From positions 1 to 36,239 of the forward strand of contig JAAZLZ010000167.1 of the NCBI GenBank assembly GCA_012799075.1: a stretch of 36,239 bases of DNA, written 5' to 3'. The position numbers and the translations under genes were made by a program. Shown here one piece after another: positions 25,449 to 32,705 of this stretch. Within the stretch, counting starts at the first letter, position 1. Every line of letters starts with the position of its first letter. The notes beneath the pieces are model-generated. The model was given only the letters and a program-made list of their open reading frames with translations, had not been told where the DNA came from and searched no databases. The stretch is from Bacillota bacterium (lineage in GTDB: Bacteria; Bacillota; Limnochordia; JAAZLZ01).

Positions 25449-26450
25449 TTGGCTAAACTTACACCAAGGGAGCGAGTCCTGACGACCCTGGCCGGGGGGA
25501 TTCCCGATCGGGTCCCCTGGATTGAGTCGGGCATCGATCCCGCAGTTGCGGAAAAGCTTTTGGGACGTCCCGTGTCTGTGCCGCCCCGGATCAGGATGGA
25601 CCCGGCACTCATGGATATGCTGAATCTAGACAACGTCGGGTTCAATCTTAAACCCCCGGATGTTGTCGAGCGCACTTTTTCCGGGGGTGTTGATTATGTG
25701 GGGGATGGCTTGATCAAAGGTTGGGATCAGCTGGAATTCTTGCTGGAGCAGCTTCCCGATCCCCATGATGAGAATCTCTACAAGCCCATCAATGACTACT
25801 TGAAACACCATAAGAGGGACTATGCAGCTGCCTGCGGCTTGCGAGCAGGGATGGCCAATACCTACCTTAGTATGGGCATCGAGACTTTTTCCCTGGCGTT
25901 GTACGATGACCGCAAGTTCGTCGAGACGGTGATGGACATCTTCAACGACTGGACCTTAGCCGTGGTGGAGCATGTCAATGAAATGGACTTTGATTATGTC
26001 ATCATTTCCGATGACTTAGCCCACAGCGCCGGGCCCTTGTTTTCACCCCAGGTCTTCCGGGAGCTTTTTGTTCCTCGCTACAAAAGGGTGGTTGAGAAAC
26101 TAAAAAAACCCTGGATTCTCCATACCGACGGGAACTTCTTGCCCCTGATCGATGATATGTTGCCCCTGGGCATGAGCGCCATCGGCAACCTGGAACCGGC
26201 GGCCGTTGATATTGTGCAGCTGAAGAAAGACTACGGCCATCGAGTGGGGTTGCTGGGGAATATCGATCTCCACTACACCTTGACCAGGGCAACGGAGGAG
26301 GAGGTCGAAGCCCAGGTGAAGCTGAGGATCTCCCAATTGGCCTCCGGAGGACGGTATCTACTGGCCAGTGAAAACTCTATTCCGTCATATGTTCGGCCGG
26401 AAAACCTCTTGGCCATGAGCCGGGCGGTGGAAAAGTACGGATACTACTGA
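25449..26450 (+). CDS. Uroporphyrinogen-decarboxylase (URO-D) family protein; function unknown
   Basis: 333 aa. N-terminus LTPRERVLTTLAGGIPDRVPW is typical of URO-D/MtaA-like proteins. It has HTDG (26121-26132) where methyltransferase-type members carry HxCG. TTG start follows AGGAAGGAGG, 16 nt after dctM. Confidence 0.7.
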   Translation: MAKLTPRERVLTTLAGGIPDRVPWIESGIDPAVAEKLLGRPVSVPPRIRMDPALMDMLNLDNVGFNLKPPDVVERTFSGGVDYVGDGLIKGWDQLEFLLEQLPDPHDENLYKPINDYLKHHKRDYAAACGLRAGMANTYLSMGIETFSLALYDDRKFVETVMDIFNDWTLAVVEHVNEMDFDYVIISDDLAHSAGPLFSPQVFRELFVPRYKRVVEKLKKPWILHTDGNFLPLIDDMLPLGMSAIGNLEPAAVDIVQLKKDYGHRVGLLGNIDLHYTLTRATEEEVEAQVKLRISQLASGGRYLLASENSIPSYVRPENLLAMSRAVEKYGYY

Positions 26451-26453
26451 TTG

Positions 26454-26477
26454 AAAGGGGAGCAGCCGCTCCCCTTT
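26454..26477. terminator. Bidirectional terminator hairpin
   Basis: Perfect 10-bp stem aaaggggagc / gctccccttt with a 4-nt loop. Confidence 0.65.
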
Positions 26478-27417
26478 ATCCCTTCTCTAGGATCGCCCGG
26501 AGGACATTGGCATAATCTTCGCTTTCTCGATCGGAAGTTGCGATTTCGATGCTGTCTGGGCTGGTGATTCCCAGGCCGAGCTCGCCCGCCCGTCGGATTT
26601 GCTCCTGGGCAAAGATGGGCTGGTCTTCGATTTCGGGAGTGGTGCCCAGTTCCTTGAGGATGGCCACACCCACCGCATCGACAGCGATCCTATCATAACC
26701 CGCCCAAAAAACATTGGCCCGCTTATGCTGACCCGTTGCCGGCCCCCCGCTAACAAAGGCATCAACACCGTCCATGATGATTAGACAGGGATGATAGGCG
26801 TAGTTGATTTCAGCGATCATTTTCCGGATATCGGGGGACGCATGGAGCTCCTTCATGTATTCATGGCCCCGGCGGGGAACTAGGCCCACGGCCAGTTTCA
26901 AAGAAAGGGTGAAGATGCCGCCGAATTGATGGGTCTTCAGGCAGCCGGTAGCCACAATCCGGGGGGCCTCGGTGACTATCCGGGGTACGATGAATCCGTT
27001 CTTCCAGTGGCTCCCGGGTGGATTGACATGCACCCATTCTTCCGGGGGCAAATCATCGAAGTTAATCAGATCGATGTCTAGTTCCTCCAAGAGTTCGGGA
27101 ATGCCCTTTTCCCTGAGGACATCGGCTGTCAAGGGCGGACCGCTCCGTTCGCCGATGGTGATCTTCCTCGCCCCCTGGCTGCGCAGGGCCGCAACCAGAG
27201 CCCGCAGGGTGTCGTTATGGGTTGAACCCGGTGCAGGATCGCTAGTATTGAAGTTTGGCTTGATGAGGACATCTTGACCAGCGACGGTGTTATCCAACAG
27301 CTCCATGCACCGTTGGACGCCCTGTTTACGATCGGGGGTCTTCACTAGTGCTATCCGCGCCTTCTTCGCCGTACCATGCCTTCCTTCCATAGCTTTGCAG
27401 GCGGTCCTACATTGCAT
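26476..27417 (-). CDS. DUF362-family protein
   Basis: 313 aa. The pattern IALVKT...GQDVLIKPNFN...GSTHNDTLRALV is typical of DUF362. ATG sits 7 nt after GAGGAGG. Confidence 0.6.
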   Translation of the reverse strand: MQCRTACKAMEGRHGTAKKARIALVKTPDRKQGVQRCMELLDNTVAGQDVLIKPNFNTSDPAPGSTHNDTLRALVAALRSQGARKITIGERSGPPLTADVLREKGIPELLEELDIDLINFDDLPPEEWVHVNPPGSHWKNGFIVPRIVTEAPRIVATGCLKTHQFGGIFTLSLKLAVGLVPRRGHEYMKELHASPDIRKMIAEINYAYHPCLIIMDGVDAFVSGGPATGQHKRANVFWAGYDRIAVDAVGVAILKELGTTPEIEDQPIFAQEQIRRAGELGLGITSPDSIEIATSDRESEDYANVLRAILEKG

Positions 27418-27512
27418 TGGCAGGCCTCCTCTCCGGTTTGCTGCCTTTATTCCCCGTGGGGAGGGGGATTCCTGCCGGCAATTCCGTATTCAAAGCAAAA
27501 TTCACGCAAGAC

Positions 27513-27977
27513 CTAGGACTGAATCTGGCTGACCCGACAAGGCGTCCCCCCGGTGATAGTCAGGAGTTGCTCGACGGAGACGGGCACTGCCGAGTTGGGA
27601 GTCCCCGCCGCATCATAAACCACCGGGAACCTTTCCATGCTCAAATCGATCAAGACGGGCAGGTCCTGGGCAACGCCGAAGGGGCACACCCCTCCCGGAG
27701 CATAACCCGTCAGCTCCAAGGCTTCTTCCGGGCTGGCCATCCGCATCTTCTCGCCAACGGTCTTTCTTAGGGATTTGTTATCGATCCTAGTATCGCCGCT
27801 TGTTACCACTAAGACAGCCTTGGTTTTGCCGACGAAGGCTAGGGTCTTAGCTATCTGACCCACTTCCACTCCCAGGGCCTGGGCCGCTAGGTCTGATGTG
27901 CGGGTGCTTTCTTCCAGTTCGATGATTCGCAACCCGTACGGATCGAGAAATTCCTTTACCTTGTCTATTGCATCCAA
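27513..27977 (-). CDS. YbaK/ProX-type aminoacyl-tRNA deacylase domain protein
   Basis: 154 aa with AAQALGVEVGQIAKTLAFV and GGVCPFG motifs. TTG start sits 6 nt after GGGAGGAAG. Confidence 0.75.
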   Translation of the reverse strand: MDAIDKVKEFLDPYGLRIIELEESTRTSDLAAQALGVEVGQIAKTLAFVGKTKAVLVVTSGDTRIDNKSLRKTVGEKMRMASPEEALELTGYAPGGVCPFGVAQDLPVLIDLSMERFPVVYDAAGTPNSAVPVSVEQLLTITGGTPCRVSQIQS

Positions 27978-28136
27978 TGAATACTTCCTCCCTTATTGAA
28001 TTGCTTGTCGTACTATCTTGGCTAACTGGTTTGCCTTATCCTTCCCCGCTTTGGATTGGTCAGCAATCAAAGCAGGAGATTGCCTTTTTCTTGAGAACCC
28101 ATAAGCAGTATAAGAGGTCAGCGGGGTGATGGGCAA

Positions 28137-29687
28137 TTGGAAGGAGGCCGCAACCGTTTTCGTGAAGCCCTTAGAACAGAATTCGTTGTAACCTGGGAGC
28201 TTGTTCCCGGAAGAGGAGCTTTCGGGAAGGCCCAAGAGGACATCTTTCAAGCTGTGGAAAGACTTGCCGGGGACGGGCGGGTGCATGCTTTGACCATAAC
28301 CGACAACCCCGGGGGCGATCCGGCGATGGCCGCCGATTACTTGGGAATGGAACTGGCAAGACAGGGAATCGAGGTCATCATTCACTTCACCTGCAAGGAC
28401 AAGAATCGCAGTCAAATCGAAAGCCAGCTCTATGCCCTCCACCGAGCTGGAGTGCATAACCTGCTGGTGATGAGCGGGGACTATCCGGCAAACGGCTGTC
28501 TGGGACGTCCCAAGCCGGTTTTCGACTTTGATCCGATCCACGTTCTGCGCATGATAGGCGAGATGAACGCGGGCTTTGAAGTCCCTGTCTTTGGTCCACC
28601 CGAGGTGCTGGCTCCGACGAACTTTTACGCGGGAGCTGCTGTATCGCCCTTCAAAAAAGAAGAGGGAGAGCAACTTGGCCAGTATTACAAGCTGAGGAAG
28701 AAAGTAGCGGCCGGCGCCCAGTTTATCATTACCCAGCTGGGGTACGATGCCCGCAAGTTCCATGAAGTGCTGCAGTTTGTGCGGAATGCCGGCTGGAACA
28801 TACCCCTCATCGGCAACATCTATGTACTTACCTATGGAATTGCTCGGCTGATGTATCAGAACCAATTGCCCGGGTGTGTGGTGACGGAAAAACTCATGGA
28901 AGAGCTTGTCCTGGAGAGACAAGGGGCCGACAAGGGGAAAGGCGCTCGCCTGCTGCGGGCGGCCAAGCTGTACGCCTTAATGAAGGGTATGGGCTATGCC
29001 GGTGTTCATATCGGAGGTCACGGTTTGAACTATGAAGATGTGATTTGCATCCTGGAAAAGGGGGAAGAATTAGTCCCCAATTGGCCCGAATTGGTGGGGG
29101 AGTTTGATTATCCCCAGGAGGACGGGTTTTACTACTTCCAGCGGGATGAAGCAACGGGGCTGAATACTCCCGAGCCGACAAACCGCAATGGAGCCTTGCC
29201 CGCCAAAGGCTTGGACAACCGGTTCTTCCGACTGCTTCATCACACCCTGTTCGATGAGCGAGGCATTTTCTATCATCCCATGCGTTTGTTTTCTAAAGTG
29301 GTCGATGGCACACGGTTAGAAGGACCTGTTACCTGGCTGGAGCACCTAATCAAGCTGATTAGCAACAACTGTCAACAGTGCGGGGACTGTGCCTTGTTTG
29401 ATCTTGCCTATTTATGTCCCATGTCCCAGTGCCCTAAGAATCAGCGCAACGGACCTTGCGGAGGAAGCTTTGAAGGTTGGTGTGAAGTTTACCCCAACAA
29501 GCGTCGCTGTCTCTATATTAGGGCCTATGAAAGGCTCAAGGCCTATGGGGAAGAGGACAACCTTGGGCGGTATGAGATACCTCCCTGCAACTGGAGTTTG
29601 CGCCACACTTCCTCCTGGTTTAATTTCTACCTTGGCCGGGACCATGGCAGCGGGGTATTGGATTTGACTGATGAAGGGAGAAGATAA
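28137..29687 (+). CDS. Methylenetetrahydrofolate reductase (MetF-like) fused to a MetV-like Cys-rich C-terminal domain
   Basis: 516 aa. The N-terminal ~300 aa are MTHFR-like (FVVTWELVPGRG, ALTITDNPGG, ITQLGYD). The C-terminal region has 8 Cys (29370-29510: CQQCGDC...LCPMSQCPKNQRNGPCGG...WCE...RRC), as in the MTHFR C-terminal/MetV domain. Confidence 0.8.
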   Translation: MEGGRNRFREALRTEFVVTWELVPGRGAFGKAQEDIFQAVERLAGDGRVHALTITDNPGGDPAMAADYLGMELARQGIEVIIHFTCKDKNRSQIESQLYALHRAGVHNLLVMSGDYPANGCLGRPKPVFDFDPIHVLRMIGEMNAGFEVPVFGPPEVLAPTNFYAGAAVSPFKKEEGEQLGQYYKLRKKVAAGAQFIITQLGYDARKFHEVLQFVRNAGWNIPLIGNIYVLTYGIARLMYQNQLPGCVVTEKLMEELVLERQGADKGKGARLLRAAKLYALMKGMGYAGVHIGGHGLNYEDVICILEKGEELVPNWPELVGEFDYPQEDGFYYFQRDEATGLNTPEPTNRNGALPAKGLDNRFFRLLHHTLFDERGIFYHPMRLFSKVVDGTRLEGPVTWLEHLIKLISNNCQQCGDCALFDLAYLCPMSQCPKNQRNGPCGGSFEGWCEVYPNKRRCLYIRAYERLKAYGEEDNLGRYEIPPCNWSLRHTSSWFNFYLGRDHGSGVLDLTDEGRR

Positions 29688-29688
29688 C

Positions 29689-30834
29689 GTGCAGGCAAGG
29701 GAAAGAGTATTAGCTGCGTTAAACCATCAAGAGCCCGATCGGGTGCCCTTCGATTTAGGTTCTTGCACCGGCACAAACATCGCCGTCAGGGCTTATCGGG
29801 CGTTAAGGGCCCACTTAGGGCTCCCCGACCGGGAGGTTCGCTTAAAAAGTCGAACGACCCAGCTGGCCCAGGTGGATGAGGATCTGTTACAAGCCTTATC
29901 CGTCGATGTTCGCGGGGTGATGCCACAGCCGCCGAGCAACTACCAAGCTGTCTTAGAAGAAGATGATGACTACTGGAAGCTGCGGGATGAATGGGGAATT
30001 GGCTGGCGGATGCCGAGAGTCGGTGGGTTCTACTTCGACATGTATGACCATCCCCTTGCCCATGAATACAACGTGGCCCTCGATGAATACAACTGGCCAA
30101 ATGGGAAGGATCCCGCCCGGATCGCAGGCCTGCGGGAACAGGCTATCGCCCACAGGGAGGCTGGCTATCTTGTTTGCTTCGGCGGTACCATCGGTAATGG
30201 GTTCTTGCATACAGGGACCCATTTGGAGGGCTTTGTCGACTTTTTCACCGACCTGGCCTTAGGGACCCCAAGGGCCGAGGGGATCTTAGACCGGGTCCTG
30301 GAAATCAAGCTTGATTTTTGGGGTCAGGTCCTGGATAATCTCGGGGACGTGGTGGATGTGGTCTGCGAACAAGACGACTTAGGCTCCCAGCGGGGTCCGT
30401 TCATTTCGCCGGATATGTACCGGAAGTACATTAAGCCCCGCCAGCAGATTCTCTTTGATTTCATCAAGAAGAAGGCCCCCGTTAAGCTTTACTTCCATTC
30501 CTGCGGCAGCGTCTATCAGTTCATCCCAGATCTCATCGAGGTAGGCGTCGATATCCTCAATCCTGTCCAAGTGAGTGCCGCGGAAATGTGCACCGATCGC
30601 CTTAAGAAGGAATTCGGCCGGGAGTTGGTGTTTTGGGGCGGTGGGGTGGATACGCAGGAAATCCTTCCCTATGGGACCCCCCAGCAGGTGAAAGATGAAG
30701 TAAAACGCCGCATCGATGATTTGGCTCCCGGCGGCGGCTTTGTGTTCACAACGGTCCACAACATCCAGGCGGACGTTCCCCCGGCCAATGTGATGGCCAT
30801 GTGGGAAGCCCTCCAGGAGCATGGCGTCTACTAA
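29689..30834 (+). CDS. URO-D family protein (methyltransferase-type HxCG variant); function unknown
   Basis: N-terminus RERVLAALNHQEPDRVPFDLGS and HSCG at 30496-30507. GTG 29689 sits 8 nt after AAGGGAG and 1 nt after the metF-like stop. ATG 29671 is an alternative start. Confidence 0.7.
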   Translation: MQARERVLAALNHQEPDRVPFDLGSCTGTNIAVRAYRALRAHLGLPDREVRLKSRTTQLAQVDEDLLQALSVDVRGVMPQPPSNYQAVLEEDDDYWKLRDEWGIGWRMPRVGGFYFDMYDHPLAHEYNVALDEYNWPNGKDPARIAGLREQAIAHREAGYLVCFGGTIGNGFLHTGTHLEGFVDFFTDLALGTPRAEGILDRVLEIKLDFWGQVLDNLGDVVDVVCEQDDLGSQRGPFISPDMYRKYIKPRQQILFDFIKKKAPVKLYFHSCGSVYQFIPDLIEVGVDILNPVQVSAAEMCTDRLKKEFGRELVFWGGGVDTQEILPYGTPQQVKDEVKRRIDDLAPGGGFVFTTVHNIQADVPPANVMAMWEALQEHGVY

Positions 30835-30852
30835 TTTCCGGGGGTATGCCCT

Positions 30853-31287
30853 ATGATCAATCGGCTGGGGAGAGTCGCGGGCGGCTTGATTCCAGTGATG
30901 TTGGGTCTTGTCATGCTCAACATCCTCATCCGGCTCATCTTTGGCTATCCTTTGCTTTGGGCCGGTGAACTGACGAAGACCCTTCTCCTTTGGATGGTCT
31001 TCGCCGGCGGCGCCGCGGGAATTGTGGAGGGCAGCCATTTGCGGATTGACGCCCTTTATTCCTGTTTGTCCCAGCCCCTCCGGAAGACGGCTGATTGGGC
31101 TTCGTTCCTCGTTGGGGCGGCAACCCTCCTTTATTTCACCACCTCGGGTTGCCGCTTCTTCCTTCGCTACCGGGGGTTTCGAGCCTGGTTATACGTGATT
31201 CCCCCCTTGGGTGGACTGTTGCTGTTGGCAGGCGCAGTGGAGAATCTCCGCCACCGCCTCCGGAATAAGGTTATCCCCCCTGGGTAG
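30853..31287 (+). CDS. Solitary DctQ-like small membrane protein
   Basis: 144 aa and about 4 TM segments, with DctQ-type PLLWAGELT and HLRIDAL motifs. No adjacent DctM or DctP. Confidence 0.6.
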   Translation: MINRLGRVAGGLIPVMLGLVMLNILIRLIFGYPLLWAGELTKTLLLWMVFAGGAAGIVEGSHLRIDALYSCLSQPLRKTADWASFLVGAATLLYFTTSGCRFFLRYRGFRAWLYVIPPLGGLLLLAGAVENLRHRLRNKVIPPG

Positions 31288-31555
31288 AATCAACGACCCA
31301 GATCGTTTGCCCAAACTGGATGGGAACGCTAAGGTCATGGATACGCTGGCTGCCCTGGGCGATCATGACCTGTCCGCGGCCGAAATCGGCTTCCAGACTT
31401 TCCAGGGCAGGGCTCATCTCCTTTAGGACAGTCAAGAGGTCGTTCAGGGTCGAGCCCATCTCCAGGGAGATCTTGAACCCTTCTCGCCTGTATTTGACAT
31501 CCAAGAGATCCCGATGGGGAGAAAAGACCTTGACCGTGATTACTCCCGTTGTCAC
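31271..31555 (-). CDS. MoaD/ThiS-family beta-grasp protein with C-terminal Gly-Gly
   Basis: 94 aa ending ...IWVVDSTQGG-stop. The layout ITVKVF...GSTLNDLL...V..N is MoaD-like. GTG start sits 6-7 nt after GGAAGGAGGGG, which lies inside the end of the upstream gene. Confidence 0.6.
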   Translation of the reverse strand: MTTGVITVKVFSPHRDLLDVKYRREGFKISLEMGSTLNDLLTVLKEMSPALESLEADFGRGQVMIAQGSQRIHDLSVPIQFGQTIWVVDSTQGG

Positions 31556-31556
31556 T

Positions 31557-32456
31557 TTACACCCCTCCTTCCCGATTCAATTGGTCCAAAAGCATCATCT
31601 CCCGGTTCTCTACGGGCGGCATGCCTGGACCGTACAGGCAGCCTCCTGCACAGGCTAAAAGCTCAAGGACCCGGGGGCCTTCCTTGTCCGGTCGAAAAGC
31701 CGCCAGGTAGTCCCGGCAGCGGTCCAGCCCGGAAATGGTCATCGCCAAAAGACCGATCCGGGACGTAGGCTCATAATCACCGTCCATCATCTCCTCGGGA
31801 AGCAAATCCAGCTGAATGCCTTCATCCTGCAGCCAGGCCCATAGTTCGGTGAAGGTAAGGACGCCGTTCGCTGCTCCCTTCTCCGTGGCAGCTTCCCTTT
31901 TCTTTGCTTGGCAGGGTCCGATGAATACTACTTTGCCCCCAGGCCCCAGCTTTTTTCGCAGAACGCGGCTGTGGGCCACCATGGGTGAGGGTAGGGGAGC
32001 AAGGTAAGGTACAAGATGGGGAAAATCCCCTTGAATTAGAGCTGCCACCGCGGGGCAGGATGATGAAAACACCGGCCCGCCCGATTGTTCCACCAGGAGG
32101 ATGCGGCTTCGGACAGTATCCTCAAGGACGGAGATGGTCTCCTCAACCCGGCAAAAGCCCAGCCCCCGCAAAGCAGCAACGATTTTCAGCGGTTCCTTAG
32201 CCAAAACACTGTAGGAGGGGGCAAGACTTACCGCCACATCGTAATCATCCGTCAGCCAGGCTCGGATCTTCTCCAACTGACTTGGAGCCCGAATCAAGCC
32301 GTGGGGGCACGCAGCAACGCAATGACCATCGGAAAGGCACTTATCCTCCAGCACTTGAGGTGTCTCTCCTTGGAAAACCAGGGCCCCACAAGGACAAAAC
32401 GCGACGCATATCCGACAACCGCGACAAAGACTTGCGTTTCCTCTTATTTCAATCAA
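31557..32456 (-). CDS. [FeFe]-hydrogenase-like protein (ferredoxin domain plus shortened H-domain)
   Basis: 299 aa. Has CRGCRICVAFCP plus a non-canonical CLSDGHCVAACP. H-domain motifs are SSSCP (32052-32066), GPCQAKKRE (31893-31919) and ELLACAGGCLYGPG (31623-31664). TTG start follows GGGAGGA. Confidence 0.75.
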   Translation of the reverse strand: MIEIRGNASLCRGCRICVAFCPCGALVFQGETPQVLEDKCLSDGHCVAACPHGLIRAPSQLEKIRAWLTDDYDVAVSLAPSYSVLAKEPLKIVAALRGLGFCRVEETISVLEDTVRSRILLVEQSGGPVFSSSCPAVAALIQGDFPHLVPYLAPLPSPMVAHSRVLRKKLGPGGKVVFIGPCQAKKREAATEKGAANGVLTFTELWAWLQDEGIQLDLLPEEMMDGDYEPTSRIGLLAMTISGLDRCRDYLAAFRPDKEGPRVLELLACAGGCLYGPGMPPVENREMMLLDQLNREGGV

Positions 32457-32705
32457 GGCCGTCCTCCCGCATTGGTCTTTGCATACTATTTGGTTGCCAA
32501 CGACGATATTCCTGCGCTGTCAGAGTGGAGCTACCATTATTCTAGGAGTCTAGTCTGTCTTTTGCCACTATAGGAGGAAATTAGCTCATTGGTGGCGTAG
32601 TCGATCTTGTAGGGAATCCCATTGGTGTCCCGTCTAGCTCCGGGAGGTGTACTATTCTAGGCTAGGACGGTAGATGCAAGAGAATCATCCGGGGAGGTGG
32701 CTGTA

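Noticed and set aside
27993-28922. 309-aa ORF on the minus strand
   Set aside because: It lies antisense to the well-supported MetF-like gene, has no SD and no recognisable family motifs. I treat it as a GC-driven shadow ORF.
32580-32640. tRNA-like look of TAGCTCATTGGTG...GGGAATCCC
   Set aside because: There is no acceptor stem, no closing D-stem (GAGC) and no 5-bp T-stem with a TTCGAAT-type loop, so a cloverleaf cannot be drawn.
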